DNA of 32,000 bases from Thermofilum pendens Hrk 5 (lineage in GTDB: Archaea > Thermoproteota > Thermoprotei > Thermofilales > Thermofilaceae). Shown here one piece after another: positions 9,140-16,643 of the stretch. Every line of letters begins with the position of its first letter. Within the stretch, counting starts at the first letter, position 1. The stretch spans positions 810,001 to 842,000 of the forward strand of contig NC_008698.1 of assembly GCF_000015225.1 (NCBI RefSeq), given 5' to 3'. The notes below the pieces were generated by a model. It was given only the letters and a program-made list of their open reading frames with translations, was not told where the DNA came from and ran no database searches. The position numbers and the translations under genes were made by a program.

Positions 9140-9439
9140 CTACCATTCTTCTTCCTGCGTGACGCTCGGAGCCCCTCTCGGTTGCTCGACCGGCGTAGCA
9201 GGCTCCTCTCCTAGCTCCTCGTTCTTCTTCGCTAAAACGTACATTGCCGCTGTAGCAGAGAGGAAGGCTACCGAGAAGATAACCCCGAGAGCTATCATCG
9301 TACTTCGCGGTTGCCCGTCGGGAGCTAACCAGGGGTACCCGCCAAGCACGTACCCACCTACGATCAACGGGTACGGCGACCAGTAAAGCGCTATCGCCAA
9401 CACCGAGAGCAGAGCCACCAGGACTACTTTCGCGTTCAC
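9140..9439 (-). CDS. small membrane protein (hypothetical, 2-3 TM, acidic C-terminal tail)
   Basis: Hydrophobic segments VVLVALLSVLAIALYW, LIVGGYVLGGYPW and MIALGVIFSVAFLSATAAMYVL. GTG start lies 28 nt downstream of a minus-strand TATA (GATTTATACC, plus 9463-9472). The stop is 12 nt before the DUF354 start. Preferred over the overlapping R-rich ORF 9096..9473. Confidence 0.5.
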   Translation of the reverse strand: MNAKVVLVALLSVLAIALYWSPYPLIVGGYVLGGYPWLAPDGQPRSTMIALGVIFSVAFLSATAAMYVLAKKNEELGEEPATPVEQPRGAPSVTQEEEW

Positions 9440-9590
9440 GGAGAAAGGCTAGCACTCGCGGGGTATAAATCACTAACTATCGCGCAATCCTTGCTGTTCG
9501 CAGAGATATGGAGGTCTCGGCTTGCCAGCAGGTCGGGTGCGAACAGTTACATATTTAATCATGCTTGCAAAGGTTATGTTTCGAGAGAGT

Positions 9591-9836
9591 ATGAGCTCTC
9601 AAAACAAGATAACGGTGTTCTTGCTCGTCAACGTAGGTGTTGGGAGGGAAGACGACGTTCTAAAGGCTATAAGGTCGATGGAGTTCGTCGAGGAGGCATA
9701 CATCGTCTACGGGGAATACGACATCGTAGCTAAAATCTCGCTTCCCGCGCTTGAGCTTCTCGACAAGGTAGTAACGAACATCAGGAAGCTTGGAGGAGTT
9801 ACGAGAACTTCTACCCTCATAACCTCCTCGCGATAA
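9591..9836 (+). CDS. stand-alone Lrp/AsnC ligand-binding (RAM) domain protein
   Basis: ITVFLLVNVGVGREDDVLKAIRSMEFVEEAYIVYGEYDIVAKISL...LGGVTRTSTLI is the AsnC_trans_reg pattern without an HTH. ATG at 9591 lies ~36 nt downstream of ATATTTAA (9550-9557). The track start at 9522 is further upstream. Confidence 0.7.
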   Translation: MSSQNKITVFLLVNVGVGREDDVLKAIRSMEFVEEAYIVYGEYDIVAKISLPALELLDKVVTNIRKLGGVTRTSTLITSSR

Positions 9837-10026
9837 CCCATGCTTGCGCACGCTAGAGGAAAAAGGACGCGCATTTTATCTTTCCCTTACGTTACGTAGA
9901 AATACCCCTTATTCCCTTTTGCAGTGGGATGAGGAGAGCGTTGGTGGACGATTTGATGAGTAGCGAACGGGCGGACTGACCGTCTTGTGGATTGTACTTT
10001 GGGTATGCGGAGAGTTTCTGTTTGTG

Positions 10027-10914
10027 CTAGGTGCCCGAAACGAGGGTGTAGGCTAGGTACGCGGCGACGGAGAATGCTACGGGTAGGGGGAGCGCTGGCA
10101 TATACCTTCTCCTCTTTAGCATCTCTAGGGTTGCGTACAGCCCGGCTGTTAGCGCTAGGTTAGAGAGAATCCACCTCTCCACGGACACTCTTGGGTAAAG
10201 GAGAAAGGCTGGGCTGAGCATAGAGTATACTAGTACGTCGCCCATGCCGAGGGCTAGCCCCCGGATCACGACAACTGAGCCTCTGAGCGGGGAGTGGAGC
10301 TTGTCTGCTGGGGCTTGCTCCTGCGCGATTGTGCTTTCCAGTATCTTCTTGAGAGGACCTCTGAAGACTGAGTAGAGGTCGTAGGCTGCCAGCACTACGG
10401 CTATCCCGAAAACGCTCCACGAGGGTAGGGTTGCGAAGAGTAAGGCGCCAGCCATCGTTCCGTAGGCTATGAGCAACGCGTTGAGTAGTGTCGCGTTTAC
10501 GGGCTTCAGGATTAACGCCCCGGTCGTAACCGCCAGGAGGATCGATGTAGCGTCGGCGATGGGCAGTATTCTCTGGTCGAAGGCAGAGAATGCGTAGAAG
10601 TATAGCTCGGAGATCCCCCAGAACGAGAACGCCACTGCGAACGCCGTAAGCGCGGGTATGAAGCGCGCTTTCCTCAGCTTGATCATCGCGAGTAACACGC
10701 CGGTGCCAAGAAGTACCAGCAAGAGCGTGAGGACGCTGTTGACTATAGCCCCCCTAGGCCCCTCTTCGTAGACAAAGGGGCTACCCAAAACCTCGGTTAT
10801 CCCACTCGAGACGAGCACTAACGCCCATACAGCTGACAATAAAGAGACTACCACCGCGACTGCAAGCATAGATGCAACTGTGGATCGCCCGATTTCCCGC
10901 ACATTTTCTTCCAT
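10027..10914 (-). CDS. presenilin / signal-peptide-peptidase homologue (A22 intramembrane aspartyl protease, PSH)
   Basis: Polytopic membrane protein with the three family signatures in order: LAAYDLYSVF (YD), LGMGDVLVY (GxGD) and PALPLPV (PAL). True ATG at 10914 (MEENVRE); the track start at 10947 is TTG. Confidence 0.8.
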   Translation of the reverse strand: MEENVREIGRSTVASMLAVAVVVSLLSAVWALVLVSSGITEVLGSPFVYEEGPRGAIVNSVLTLLLVLLGTGVLLAMIKLRKARFIPALTAFAVAFSFWGISELYFYAFSAFDQRILPIADATSILLAVTTGALILKPVNATLLNALLIAYGTMAGALLFATLPSWSVFGIAVVLAAYDLYSVFRGPLKKILESTIAQEQAPADKLHSPLRGSVVVIRGLALGMGDVLVYSMLSPAFLLYPRVSVERWILSNLALTAGLYATLEMLKRRRYMPALPLPVAFSVAAYLAYTLVSGT

Positions 10915-11179
10915 ACCAACCACGTGTCTAGGCGTCGAAGCCTTCAAGCGTTCTCGTGAAAAACTAACTACTTATCCTTTTTTACTGTACTTCATGCGTC
11001 GTGCGCCTGAGCTCTCTTCTCAGAAAAGTAAAGCTGATAAGACCGTGTATTGCTGTGTGAAATGCATGATGAGACAGCTCGCGCACGACTATGGTGAAGA
11101 AGCTCTCGATTTCTGATGTTTTCTGTTGCGTTGCGCGTGAAGTCTGATTAACGCGAGGTTCACGTTTGTTCGAGAATAC

Positions 11180-11212
11180 TTTCAATGTTCTCTAGTAACA
11201 TTGAAAATAAAT
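11180..11212. promoter_or_regulatory. perfect 10-bp inverted repeat overlapping the Orc1/Cdc6 TATA region (candidate operator)
   Basis: TTTCAATGTT (11180-11189), a 7-nt spacer, then AACATTGAAA (11197-11206). It is followed directly by AAATAAAT (TATA-like, ~11204-11212) about 30 nt before ATG 11240. Confidence 0.55.
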
Positions 11213-11239
11213 TTCCAGTACGGTCTTCGGGAAGAGGGT

Positions 11240-12412
11240 ATGATCCTAGCGAACCCCTCGGCGCTCAGCAGCAGGTACGTCCCGAGGCGGCTTCCGCACA
11301 GGGAGCCTCAAATAGAGCGCTTGGCATCGCTTTTCCCGGAGTTACCTAAAGCCCCCTTCTTCAGGGTTGTCCAGTTGATAGGGCCTACGGGTACGGGTAA
11401 GACCTCGACGTCCCTGTTCTTCGCGAGGAGCGTGGAGCAGCAGAGCGAAAACGTGTCCACGATCTACGTCAACCTGAAGTCTCTGAGAAGTAGAGATGCC
11501 GACGGCTTTCCATGGATAGTCTACACCAGTATTCTCAGCCAGCTGGGTGCTAAGCCTTCGAGGAGCCTCAGCGCGGCGGAAGTCTTCATGAAGGTGGTGG
11601 GCGAGCTGTCTAGGAGGCAGAAGAAGCTACACCTGGTAATAGTGGACGAGGCAGACGAGCTAACGGGACCACGAAGCCTCCAGGGAGGCCAGATAGTCTA
11701 CAACCTGACGAGGCTCCCGGAGCTCGGAGTCAGCAACGTTGCAGGCGTGATCTTTATAGCTAGGAACGACGACTGGGCTCGGGGGCTGGCGCCCGAGGAG
11801 AAGTCTTCCCTGGGCGCGCTAGTCGTGCGCTTCCCACCCTACACTCTATCGCAGCTTGTCGACATCCTTCTCTACAGGGCGAGCGAGGCTCTCGCAAGCC
11901 CGGAGGCTCTCCCGGAGCCCGTAGCGGAGTACATCGCGGAGATAACGGTCGACATGTTCGAGAGAGATGTGAGGAAGGCTCTAGACGTGCTCCTCTACTC
12001 TGCGCTGATAGCCGACAAGGAGGGGAGCGACAAGATTACGCGTCTCCACGTAACGAGGGCCCTAGCAGAGATAATGGGGAGAAGCTACCTCGACGACGAT
12101 GCAGCGAAGATGCTCGGCAGAACGGAGAGAATAGTCCTCGCAGCTGCGCTTAGAGCGGCCGGTAGTAGCGACACGATCTACGTGAGCGAGCAAAGAGTAC
12201 TCGAAGAGGCCCAGGCGATCTGCGAGAGGCTGGGAATACCCCCGCTGGGCAGAAGGGAGATCGCAACGGCTTTGCAACGCCTCCACGACCTGGGGTACAT
12301 AAAGGTCAGCGGTCCCTTGAAGATCTTTGTGAATTTAGTTGCTGGAGAAAACGTCGAAGAACTGCTTCTCGGAAATACCCTTAGGAAGGCTAGAGGAAGC
12401 TATAATCGCTGA
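11240..12412 (+). CDS. cdc6: Orc1/Cdc6 replication initiator family AAA+ protein
   Basis: YVPRRLPHREPQIERLASLF, Walker A GPTGTGKTST, Walker B LVIVDEADEL, sensor-like VIFIARND, FPPYTLSQLVDIL, and a C-terminal winged-helix-like region (LQRLHDLGYIKV). True ATG at 11240; the track start at 11201 is TTG inside the promoter repeat. Confidence 0.85.
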   Translation: MILANPSALSSRYVPRRLPHREPQIERLASLFPELPKAPFFRVVQLIGPTGTGKTSTSLFFARSVEQQSENVSTIYVNLKSLRSRDADGFPWIVYTSILSQLGAKPSRSLSAAEVFMKVVGELSRRQKKLHLVIVDEADELTGPRSLQGGQIVYNLTRLPELGVSNVAGVIFIARNDDWARGLAPEEKSSLGALVVRFPPYTLSQLVDILLYRASEALASPEALPEPVAEYIAEITVDMFERDVRKALDVLLYSALIADKEGSDKITRLHVTRALAEIMGRSYLDDDAAKMLGRTERIVLAAALRAAGSSDTIYVSEQRVLEEAQAICERLGIPPLGRREIATALQRLHDLGYIKVSGPLKIFVNLVAGENVEELLLGNTLRKARGSYNR

Positions 12413-12860
12413 AGACCAGCGCCACCACGACGCTACCGTAGTAGCCTGGAGGGATTTCGAGCTCCTCTACCAGGTAGCGAGGCTCTTCGAGCTCAAGAAC
12501 GTCTCTCAGCCTAATCTCACTCCACATCGCCGAAAGGTTGCTTGAGGTCTCGGCCGAGCTGTTGCCGTCGTGGAACTCTATGACGTACCCGTGGGGCTTT
12601 CCGCGAGCCCAGGATATGCCGGTGCTTATCCTCGCCGGACCCTTCGCTCTCTTCTCGCTCATAACGACGAACGCTATACTGCCGGCTGGAAGCCTCCTGG
12701 GGCTCTCCTCCTCGACCTCCGGTGGAAGGATGGAGGAGACGGGCACAAGGTTCAACTGGTGTATACCGGCCTCTCTCAACGCATTGTTGAACGCCATCAG
12801 CGGCGATACGTTGCTCAGCCCCTTACCCTTCGTTACGAAGTACTTTTTCGGGAGCAACAT
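12390..12860 (-). CDS. pdaD: pyruvoyl-dependent arginine decarboxylase
   Basis: PLMAFNNALREAGIHQLNLVPVSSILPP matches the PdaD self-cleavage region (SS site) of M. jannaschii PdaD as I recall it. 156 aa, ATG start. Its 3' end overlaps the convergent orc1/cdc6 gene by 23 nt. Confidence 0.8.
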   Translation of the reverse strand: MLLPKKYFVTKGKGLSNVSPLMAFNNALREAGIHQLNLVPVSSILPPEVEEESPRRLPAGSIAFVVMSEKRAKGPARISTGISWARGKPHGYVIEFHDGNSSAETSSNLSAMWSEIRLRDVLELEEPRYLVEELEIPPGYYGSVVVALVFSDYSFL

Positions 12861-12958
12861 CCTCGAATCTCGCGGAGCAAAACCCCCGCGAAGATAAAAA
12901 CGTATCGATCTTTAATGAGGAGGGGGCCGGGCGCCTTTTCCTGCCGGTCTTACCCCTT

Positions 12959-14431
12959 TTATTCTTGCTTTGCCCCAGCTGGTTTAAATCTTAGCAGTTC
13001 TTCGACTAGCTTCCTCGCGGCCGGCTTAGCCTGCGCCTTTGCAACTGCGAAGCGGTATAGCGCCTCCCAGAGCTCCGGGTTCTCGCCCGCGTGCTCAAAT
13101 AACGAATCTTGGGGGATCTGGTAGTACTCCCTGTCACTCATGCGAACCACCCGGACGTCCCAGCCTTCCTCCAGCGCGCGCTGGTACCAGCCTGGAGGCG
13201 CGCTATCAACGGGTATACGGGCGTAGATGTAGGCATACTCGTCGCCGACAGTAACCATAACGAGGTTAAGCAACGCGCCGGCGACCGGCGCATAGAGGCC
13301 GAGCCACTGGCAAGCCACCTTCTGCCCGGGCTTCCTGCCCCTCTTACCCGGTGCTCCGTAGGCAACGAATAGGACGTGCCTAACCTTTGCGCACCTAGTA
13401 ACTTTGCCCACAAATGCTACGTATTCGCTGGCCCGTTCGACAGCAACACGAGCGTTAAAGACAGCGCTCTCCGTAGGTAAGTAAACTATCTCGTTGCCAA
13501 CCCTGAAGTAGAGCCATCGAAGCCTTAGGAAGAACGCAAGGATGCCGTCCCCCAGGAAGGCGGTTATCAGCGCCACCGAGTCACCATTAAGCGCCTTGCA
13601 CTCCTCGACCAAACTGCGGTACTCAGCGCGCTTAACCTCGCCGACAAGCCTTGAAGCCCAGGAAAGCTCCTCCGCATAGCCATAGATGCTCACTCCCCAC
13701 ATAATGCTCATCTTGGTGGAGCCGAGAACTCCTGCTCTAATGCCGAGGTGGACATCGTCGCTTGGAAAGTCGGCGAGCGTGGCTGGAAGTTGCCACGCCT
13801 GGGTAGTGCTGAAGGAAACGTAAAGGTAACTTTCACGTGGCGGCATTACGTCCGTAAGAAGCCACCCTTTCTGCAGGCTTCTTAGGATGTCGGGCGAAGT
13901 CCTCGCGAGTACCTCCGGGAACTCTGACTCAACCCAGTAACCCTCCAATGGGACGTGGACAGTCCAGCTATGTGCATTGGGCCTTGAGACTGTCACATGC
14001 CAGTTCTCCCTGGGCGGGTAGACGCGCCAAATCTTTCCGTGCCTCTCAACTTTAAGGCCGTCTTCTGTTGCATCGACGATTGCTTGTAGCTTTCCTTTGA
14101 GCTCCACGACCGCGCTTCCCTCTCTCGGTCTCTCGCTGTCTCCCAGTAGTAGGTACTGCCTCAAATCGTAGTCAAACAGCCTGCCAAACCTGGGGTAAAC
14201 CTCGTCCGGCACGACACTCAGCGCGTGCGCCACGAAGCGCGTAAAGTCCCAGTTAATTTCGGTCACAGCATCATGCAGGCCGCGGTAATGTACTCTGCCC
14301 TTCTTCCCGCCCCTAGACCTCCTCTTATCCTCTGTCCTGGTGGCATACAAGCTTTGAGCCGCCCTCCCGTAGACAAGCTTCCTAACAACCTCCTCGCCCT
14401 CTTCACCCCCCGTCATGCCTCTACCACTCAT
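12959..14431 (-). CDS. conserved hypothetical protein, copy A of a duplicated ~480-aa family (function unknown)
   Basis: 490-aa ORF with ATG start. By eye it is roughly 60% identical over ~450 aa to the ORF at 30277-31713. Shared blocks include LYATRTEDKR, REGSAVVEL, LQAIVDATEDGLKVERHG, LRSLQKGWLLTDV and NGDSVAL.TAFLGDG. I do not recognise a family. An alternative start is ATG at 14416. Confidence 0.8.
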   Translation of the reverse strand: MSGRGMTGGEEGEEVVRKLVYGRAAQSLYATRTEDKRRSRGGKKGRVHYRGLHDAVTEINWDFTRFVAHALSVVPDEVYPRFGRLFDYDLRQYLLLGDSERPREGSAVVELKGKLQAIVDATEDGLKVERHGKIWRVYPPRENWHVTVSRPNAHSWTVHVPLEGYWVESEFPEVLARTSPDILRSLQKGWLLTDVMPPRESYLYVSFSTTQAWQLPATLADFPSDDVHLGIRAGVLGSTKMSIMWGVSIYGYAEELSWASRLVGEVKRAEYRSLVEECKALNGDSVALITAFLGDGILAFFLRLRWLYFRVGNEIVYLPTESAVFNARVAVERASEYVAFVGKVTRCAKVRHVLFVAYGAPGKRGRKPGQKVACQWLGLYAPVAGALLNLVMVTVGDEYAYIYARIPVDSAPPGWYQRALEEGWDVRVVRMSDREYYQIPQDSLFEHAGENPELWEALYRFAVAKAQAKPAARKLVEELLRFKPAGAKQE

Positions 14432-14440
14432 ACCAACACC

Positions 14441-14468
14441 CCTCCTTAAATGGTGGACGGGGCGCCCC
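14441..14468. promoter_or_regulatory. conserved divergent control region of module copy A (TTTAAGGA box plus GGGGCGCCCC palindrome)
   Basis: TCCTTAAA (14443-14450) lies between the two divergent start codons, which are only 18 nt apart. The 10-bp palindrome GGGGCGCCCC is at 14459-14468. The same 31-nt block is nearly identical in copy B. Confidence 0.45.
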
Positions 14469-14668
14469 TGCGAGGGGCGCGCTCGAGACTTTTGGCGAGC
14501 ACTCTTAAGGGGGACGGGCTGTACGAGGCGCGGCTCGTCAAGGCGTTAGACGCGATAGAGGAGTTCCTAGCCTCCGTGAGAGGCGCCCCGCGCGTCGAGG
14601 AAGACGAAGAGCTAGCAAGAGAGATTGAGGAGAACGTCGAGGAGCTAAGGGGGCTAGGGCTAGCATAA
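14450..14668 (+). CDS. small hypothetical protein (72 aa), partner ORF of module copy A
   Basis: Conserved with the ORF at 30012-30215. In the 22-codon block LASTLKGD.LYEARLV.ALDAI, 4 of the 6 differing codons are synonymous in this frame, which argues for coding selection. The C-terminus ELRGLGLA is also conserved. Start is uncertain (ATG 14450 or TTG 14492). Confidence 0.5.
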   Translation: MVDGAPLRGARSRLLASTLKGDGLYEARLVKALDAIEEFLASVRGAPRVEEDEELAREIEENVEELRGLGLA

Positions 14669-14842
14669 AATTCACTCTCTTTTTCTTGGTTTGTAAACCG
14701 GGAAGCGTTTCCCGGGTTTAGCGCGCGATTACTCTGACTGGGTGCCCGTGCGTGGACATATCATCCCTATCGACGTTATCAGAAAGCGAACTTTTGTATC
14801 CCTGTGTAAGGGTCTCTTTTCGTATCCAGCGCGCTCTAAAGG

Positions 14843-15382
14843 TCAAGGTTTCAGCGCGCGTAGACAGAAGAGTTTCTCGAAGAAGAGTCTTCTCTCCTCT
14901 GCCACCTCAACGCTCGCGTAAAGGCCCCTTAATACATCGAGGAGCCTCTCGAAATTCGAAATAGACGACGCAACTAGGAATAGCTCTCCGCTCCTACGTA
15001 GAACCCTGAAGGCTTCTCGTGCAAGCCTCGCCGAGAACTCAACGCCGTCTTCGCCGCCGCAGACTAGGGGGTCTTCTCGGTAATCGCAAGGAAGGTAGGG
15101 CGGGTTCGAGGCGACGACGTCAGCCGAGGAATCCCTAAAGGGGTTTAGCATATCCGCCTGTACGAAGTCGACTAGGCACTCTTTCGATGCGCGCGCAAGC
15201 TCGCGGGAAAGCCTAACAGCCTCCCACGCGATGTCCACCCCGACGACGTAGTCAGCTCTGTTCGACGCGTAAACGCTGACCACTCCCTTGCCACAGCCTA
15301 CCTCTACAAGCACGCCTCCGCGGAAACCCCGCTTCAAGCAATCCAAAAGGAGAAAAGTATCCTCACGTGGCTCGTATACCAC
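14843..15382 (-). CDS. HemK/Mtq2-like N5-glutamine (release factor) methyltransferase
   Basis: YEPREDTFLL, SAM motif VLVEVGCGKGVV and catalytic NPPY (VASNPPYLP). 179 aa, typical of archaeal Mtq2-like proteins. GTG start lies 1 nt after the stop of the upstream DUF59 gene. Confidence 0.8.
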   Translation of the reverse strand: MVYEPREDTFLLLDCLKRGFRGGVLVEVGCGKGVVSVYASNRADYVVGVDIAWEAVRLSRELARASKECLVDFVQADMLNPFRDSSADVVASNPPYLPCDYREDPLVCGGEDGVEFSARLAREAFRVLRRSGELFLVASSISNFERLLDVLRGLYASVEVAEERRLFFEKLFCLRALKP

Positions 15383-15383
15383 G

Positions 15384-15692
15384 CTATATCCCTAGTAGCC
15401 GCCTCACCTCCGGCTTAATGCGGTCTGGCGTCCAGGGAGGGTCGAAGACGAGGTCTACCTCCACGTCTTCAACCTCCGGGATCTTCTCCTTGATAACATC
15501 CCTGACCATCTCAACGAGGAAGTACGACATCGGGCACCCAATAGCCGTCAGCGTCATCTTCACCTTTACTTTTCTACCGTCAACTTCGACGCCGTATACG
15601 AGGCCTAGATCCACCACGTTAAACGGTATTTCCGGGTCGTATACCTCCTTTAAAGCCTCCATGACGCGCTCCTGGGTGACTTCTCCCGCCAT
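15384..15692 (-). CDS. DUF59 / MIP18 (SufT-like) Fe-S cluster assembly domain protein
   Basis: VMEALKEVYDPEIPFNVVDLGLVY...VKMTLTAIGCPM...DPPWTPDRI is the canonical DUF59 pattern. ATG start. Confidence 0.85.
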   Translation of the reverse strand: MAGEVTQERVMEALKEVYDPEIPFNVVDLGLVYGVEVDGRKVKVKMTLTAIGCPMSYFLVEMVRDVIKEKIPEVEDVEVDLVFDPPWTPDRIKPEVRRLLGI

Positions 15693-15744
15693 ATTCCCCC
15701 GTCATATCGCCGCACACCCCCTTAAAAATGTTTAGTAGCGCGCG

Positions 15745-16485
15745 TTACTCGCCCTCCCCGCGAGCTTGGTCAAGCTCTTCTTCGTTGCTGTTCGCCTCGG
15801 CTTTGCGGGAGTCGCTCAGCATCTTAGCGGACACGTAGGAAGTGTCTAGGACCTGGAGTATCTTCTGTATCCGCTTAGGCCCGAGCCCGTGGATTCTGCG
15901 AAGCTCCGCCGGTGTCGCCGTGAAGAAGCGTCTAGGGGTGTGAAACTCTCTCAGTATCCTGTCCGCCATCTCCCTGCTTATCCCCGGCAGGCTCGCTATG
16001 AGATTGAGCTGTACTACCGGTATGCTGGTAGACTCCTTGAAGACCTTCTTCTTCGACCTAACGAGAAAGCTTGACCCGTGTTTCTGAAGCCTCTTCCACA
16101 GCACGTATATCAGAAGCGCCGTCTCCGCGTAGCTCCTAACCTGGAGAACGGAGACCCCGTTCTCGGCCAGCGCCGCTAGAGCTCCGAAAAGAGGGTTCAG
16201 GGATACTTGCCTCCGGCTAACCTCCTCCGATAGATCGCCCTCCACGACTATTATAGCAGTCTCGTACGACTCCCGAAGGTACTTTGCCTGCTCGAAAAGC
16301 CTCCCATCGATAACCGAGTTCACGAAGTCGCCAGAACTCTTCCGCTCCACCCCGTAAACGCCGCCGACATCGTAGTCCCCGACCTCTAGCCTGGCAACCG
16401 AGTACCTAACGCCCAGCCTAGCCAGCTCGGAGAGCACGGGAGACCTTCTCTCACGGTCATCCACAATAACAACAGGTACCTGCAT
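15745..16485 (-). CDS. xpf: XPF/ERCC4-family structure-specific nuclease, short crenarchaeal form (nuclease + HhH2)
   Basis: VIVDDRERRS...GDYDV...VERKSSGDF...DGRLFEQ is the ERCC4 motif. C-terminal helix-hairpin-helix elements are LPGISREMADRIL and IHGLGPKRIQKI. ATG start. Confidence 0.85.
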   Translation of the reverse strand: MQVPVVIVDDRERRSPVLSELARLGVRYSVARLEVGDYDVGGVYGVERKSSGDFVNSVIDGRLFEQAKYLRESYETAIIVVEGDLSEEVSRRQVSLNPLFGALAALAENGVSVLQVRSYAETALLIYVLWKRLQKHGSSFLVRSKKKVFKESTSIPVVQLNLIASLPGISREMADRILREFHTPRRFFTATPAELRRIHGLGPKRIQKILQVLDTSYVSAKMLSDSRKAEANSNEEELDQARGEGE

Positions 16486-16643
16486 CTCTCTCCAGGTAGG
16501 CAGAAGTCCTTGCTAAAAAGATTTTCGCGAGCATAGGAAACTCCCAGTATCTTCGCAGAGCAAAGGTAAGACACGCCTAGGCATGCGCGCTAGGTTTATA
16601 TACTAGGAGGGGTTCAAGACGTTGCGATTAGTGGGTGGAAGGC

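Larger units (their letters stand above)
12917..14671. repeat. left copy of a ~1.75-kb inverted duplication (two-gene module)
   Basis: Homologous in inverted orientation to 30009-31754. Both encoded proteins align along their length. The shared non-coding blocks are CAGGGGCGCCCC[G/C]TCCACCATTTAAGGA and GTAAGACCGGCAGG..AGGCGCCC.GCCCCCTCCTC. Confidence 0.9.

Noticed and set aside
9096-9473. 125-aa ORF overlapping the 99-aa membrane-protein ORF.
   Set aside because: It is arginine-rich without hydrophobic segments. The 9140..9439 frame gives clean TM helices and a TATA box at leaderless distance.
9926-9980. C/D-box sRNA-like words in the 190-nt convergent gap: GGATGAG (9927-9933), TGATGA (9954-9959), CTGA (9976-9979).
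   Set aside because: No D' box lies between the two C-like boxes. The C'-to-D spacing is 16 nt instead of ~12, the first C box has a mismatch, and there is no terminal stem. This is not enough for a call without a covariance model or expression data.
10880-11185. ORFs 10880..11116 (+) and 10982..11185 (-) in the orc1/cdc6 upstream region.
   Set aside because: They lie in an AT-richer intergenic region between two divergent promoters. They have no motifs, overlap each other, and most likely are non-coding.
14695-14719. Hairpin AAACCGGGAAGCGTTTCCCGGGTTT at the inner edge of copy A, sharing TCCCGGGTT with the T-arm region of the tRNA-Thr (possible att fragment).
   Set aside because: The shared stretch is only 9 nt and is built around the palindrome CCCGGG. 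It is far too short for an attachment site. More simply, it is a stem-loop after the T-rich terminator-like run (14676-14692) of the small ORF.
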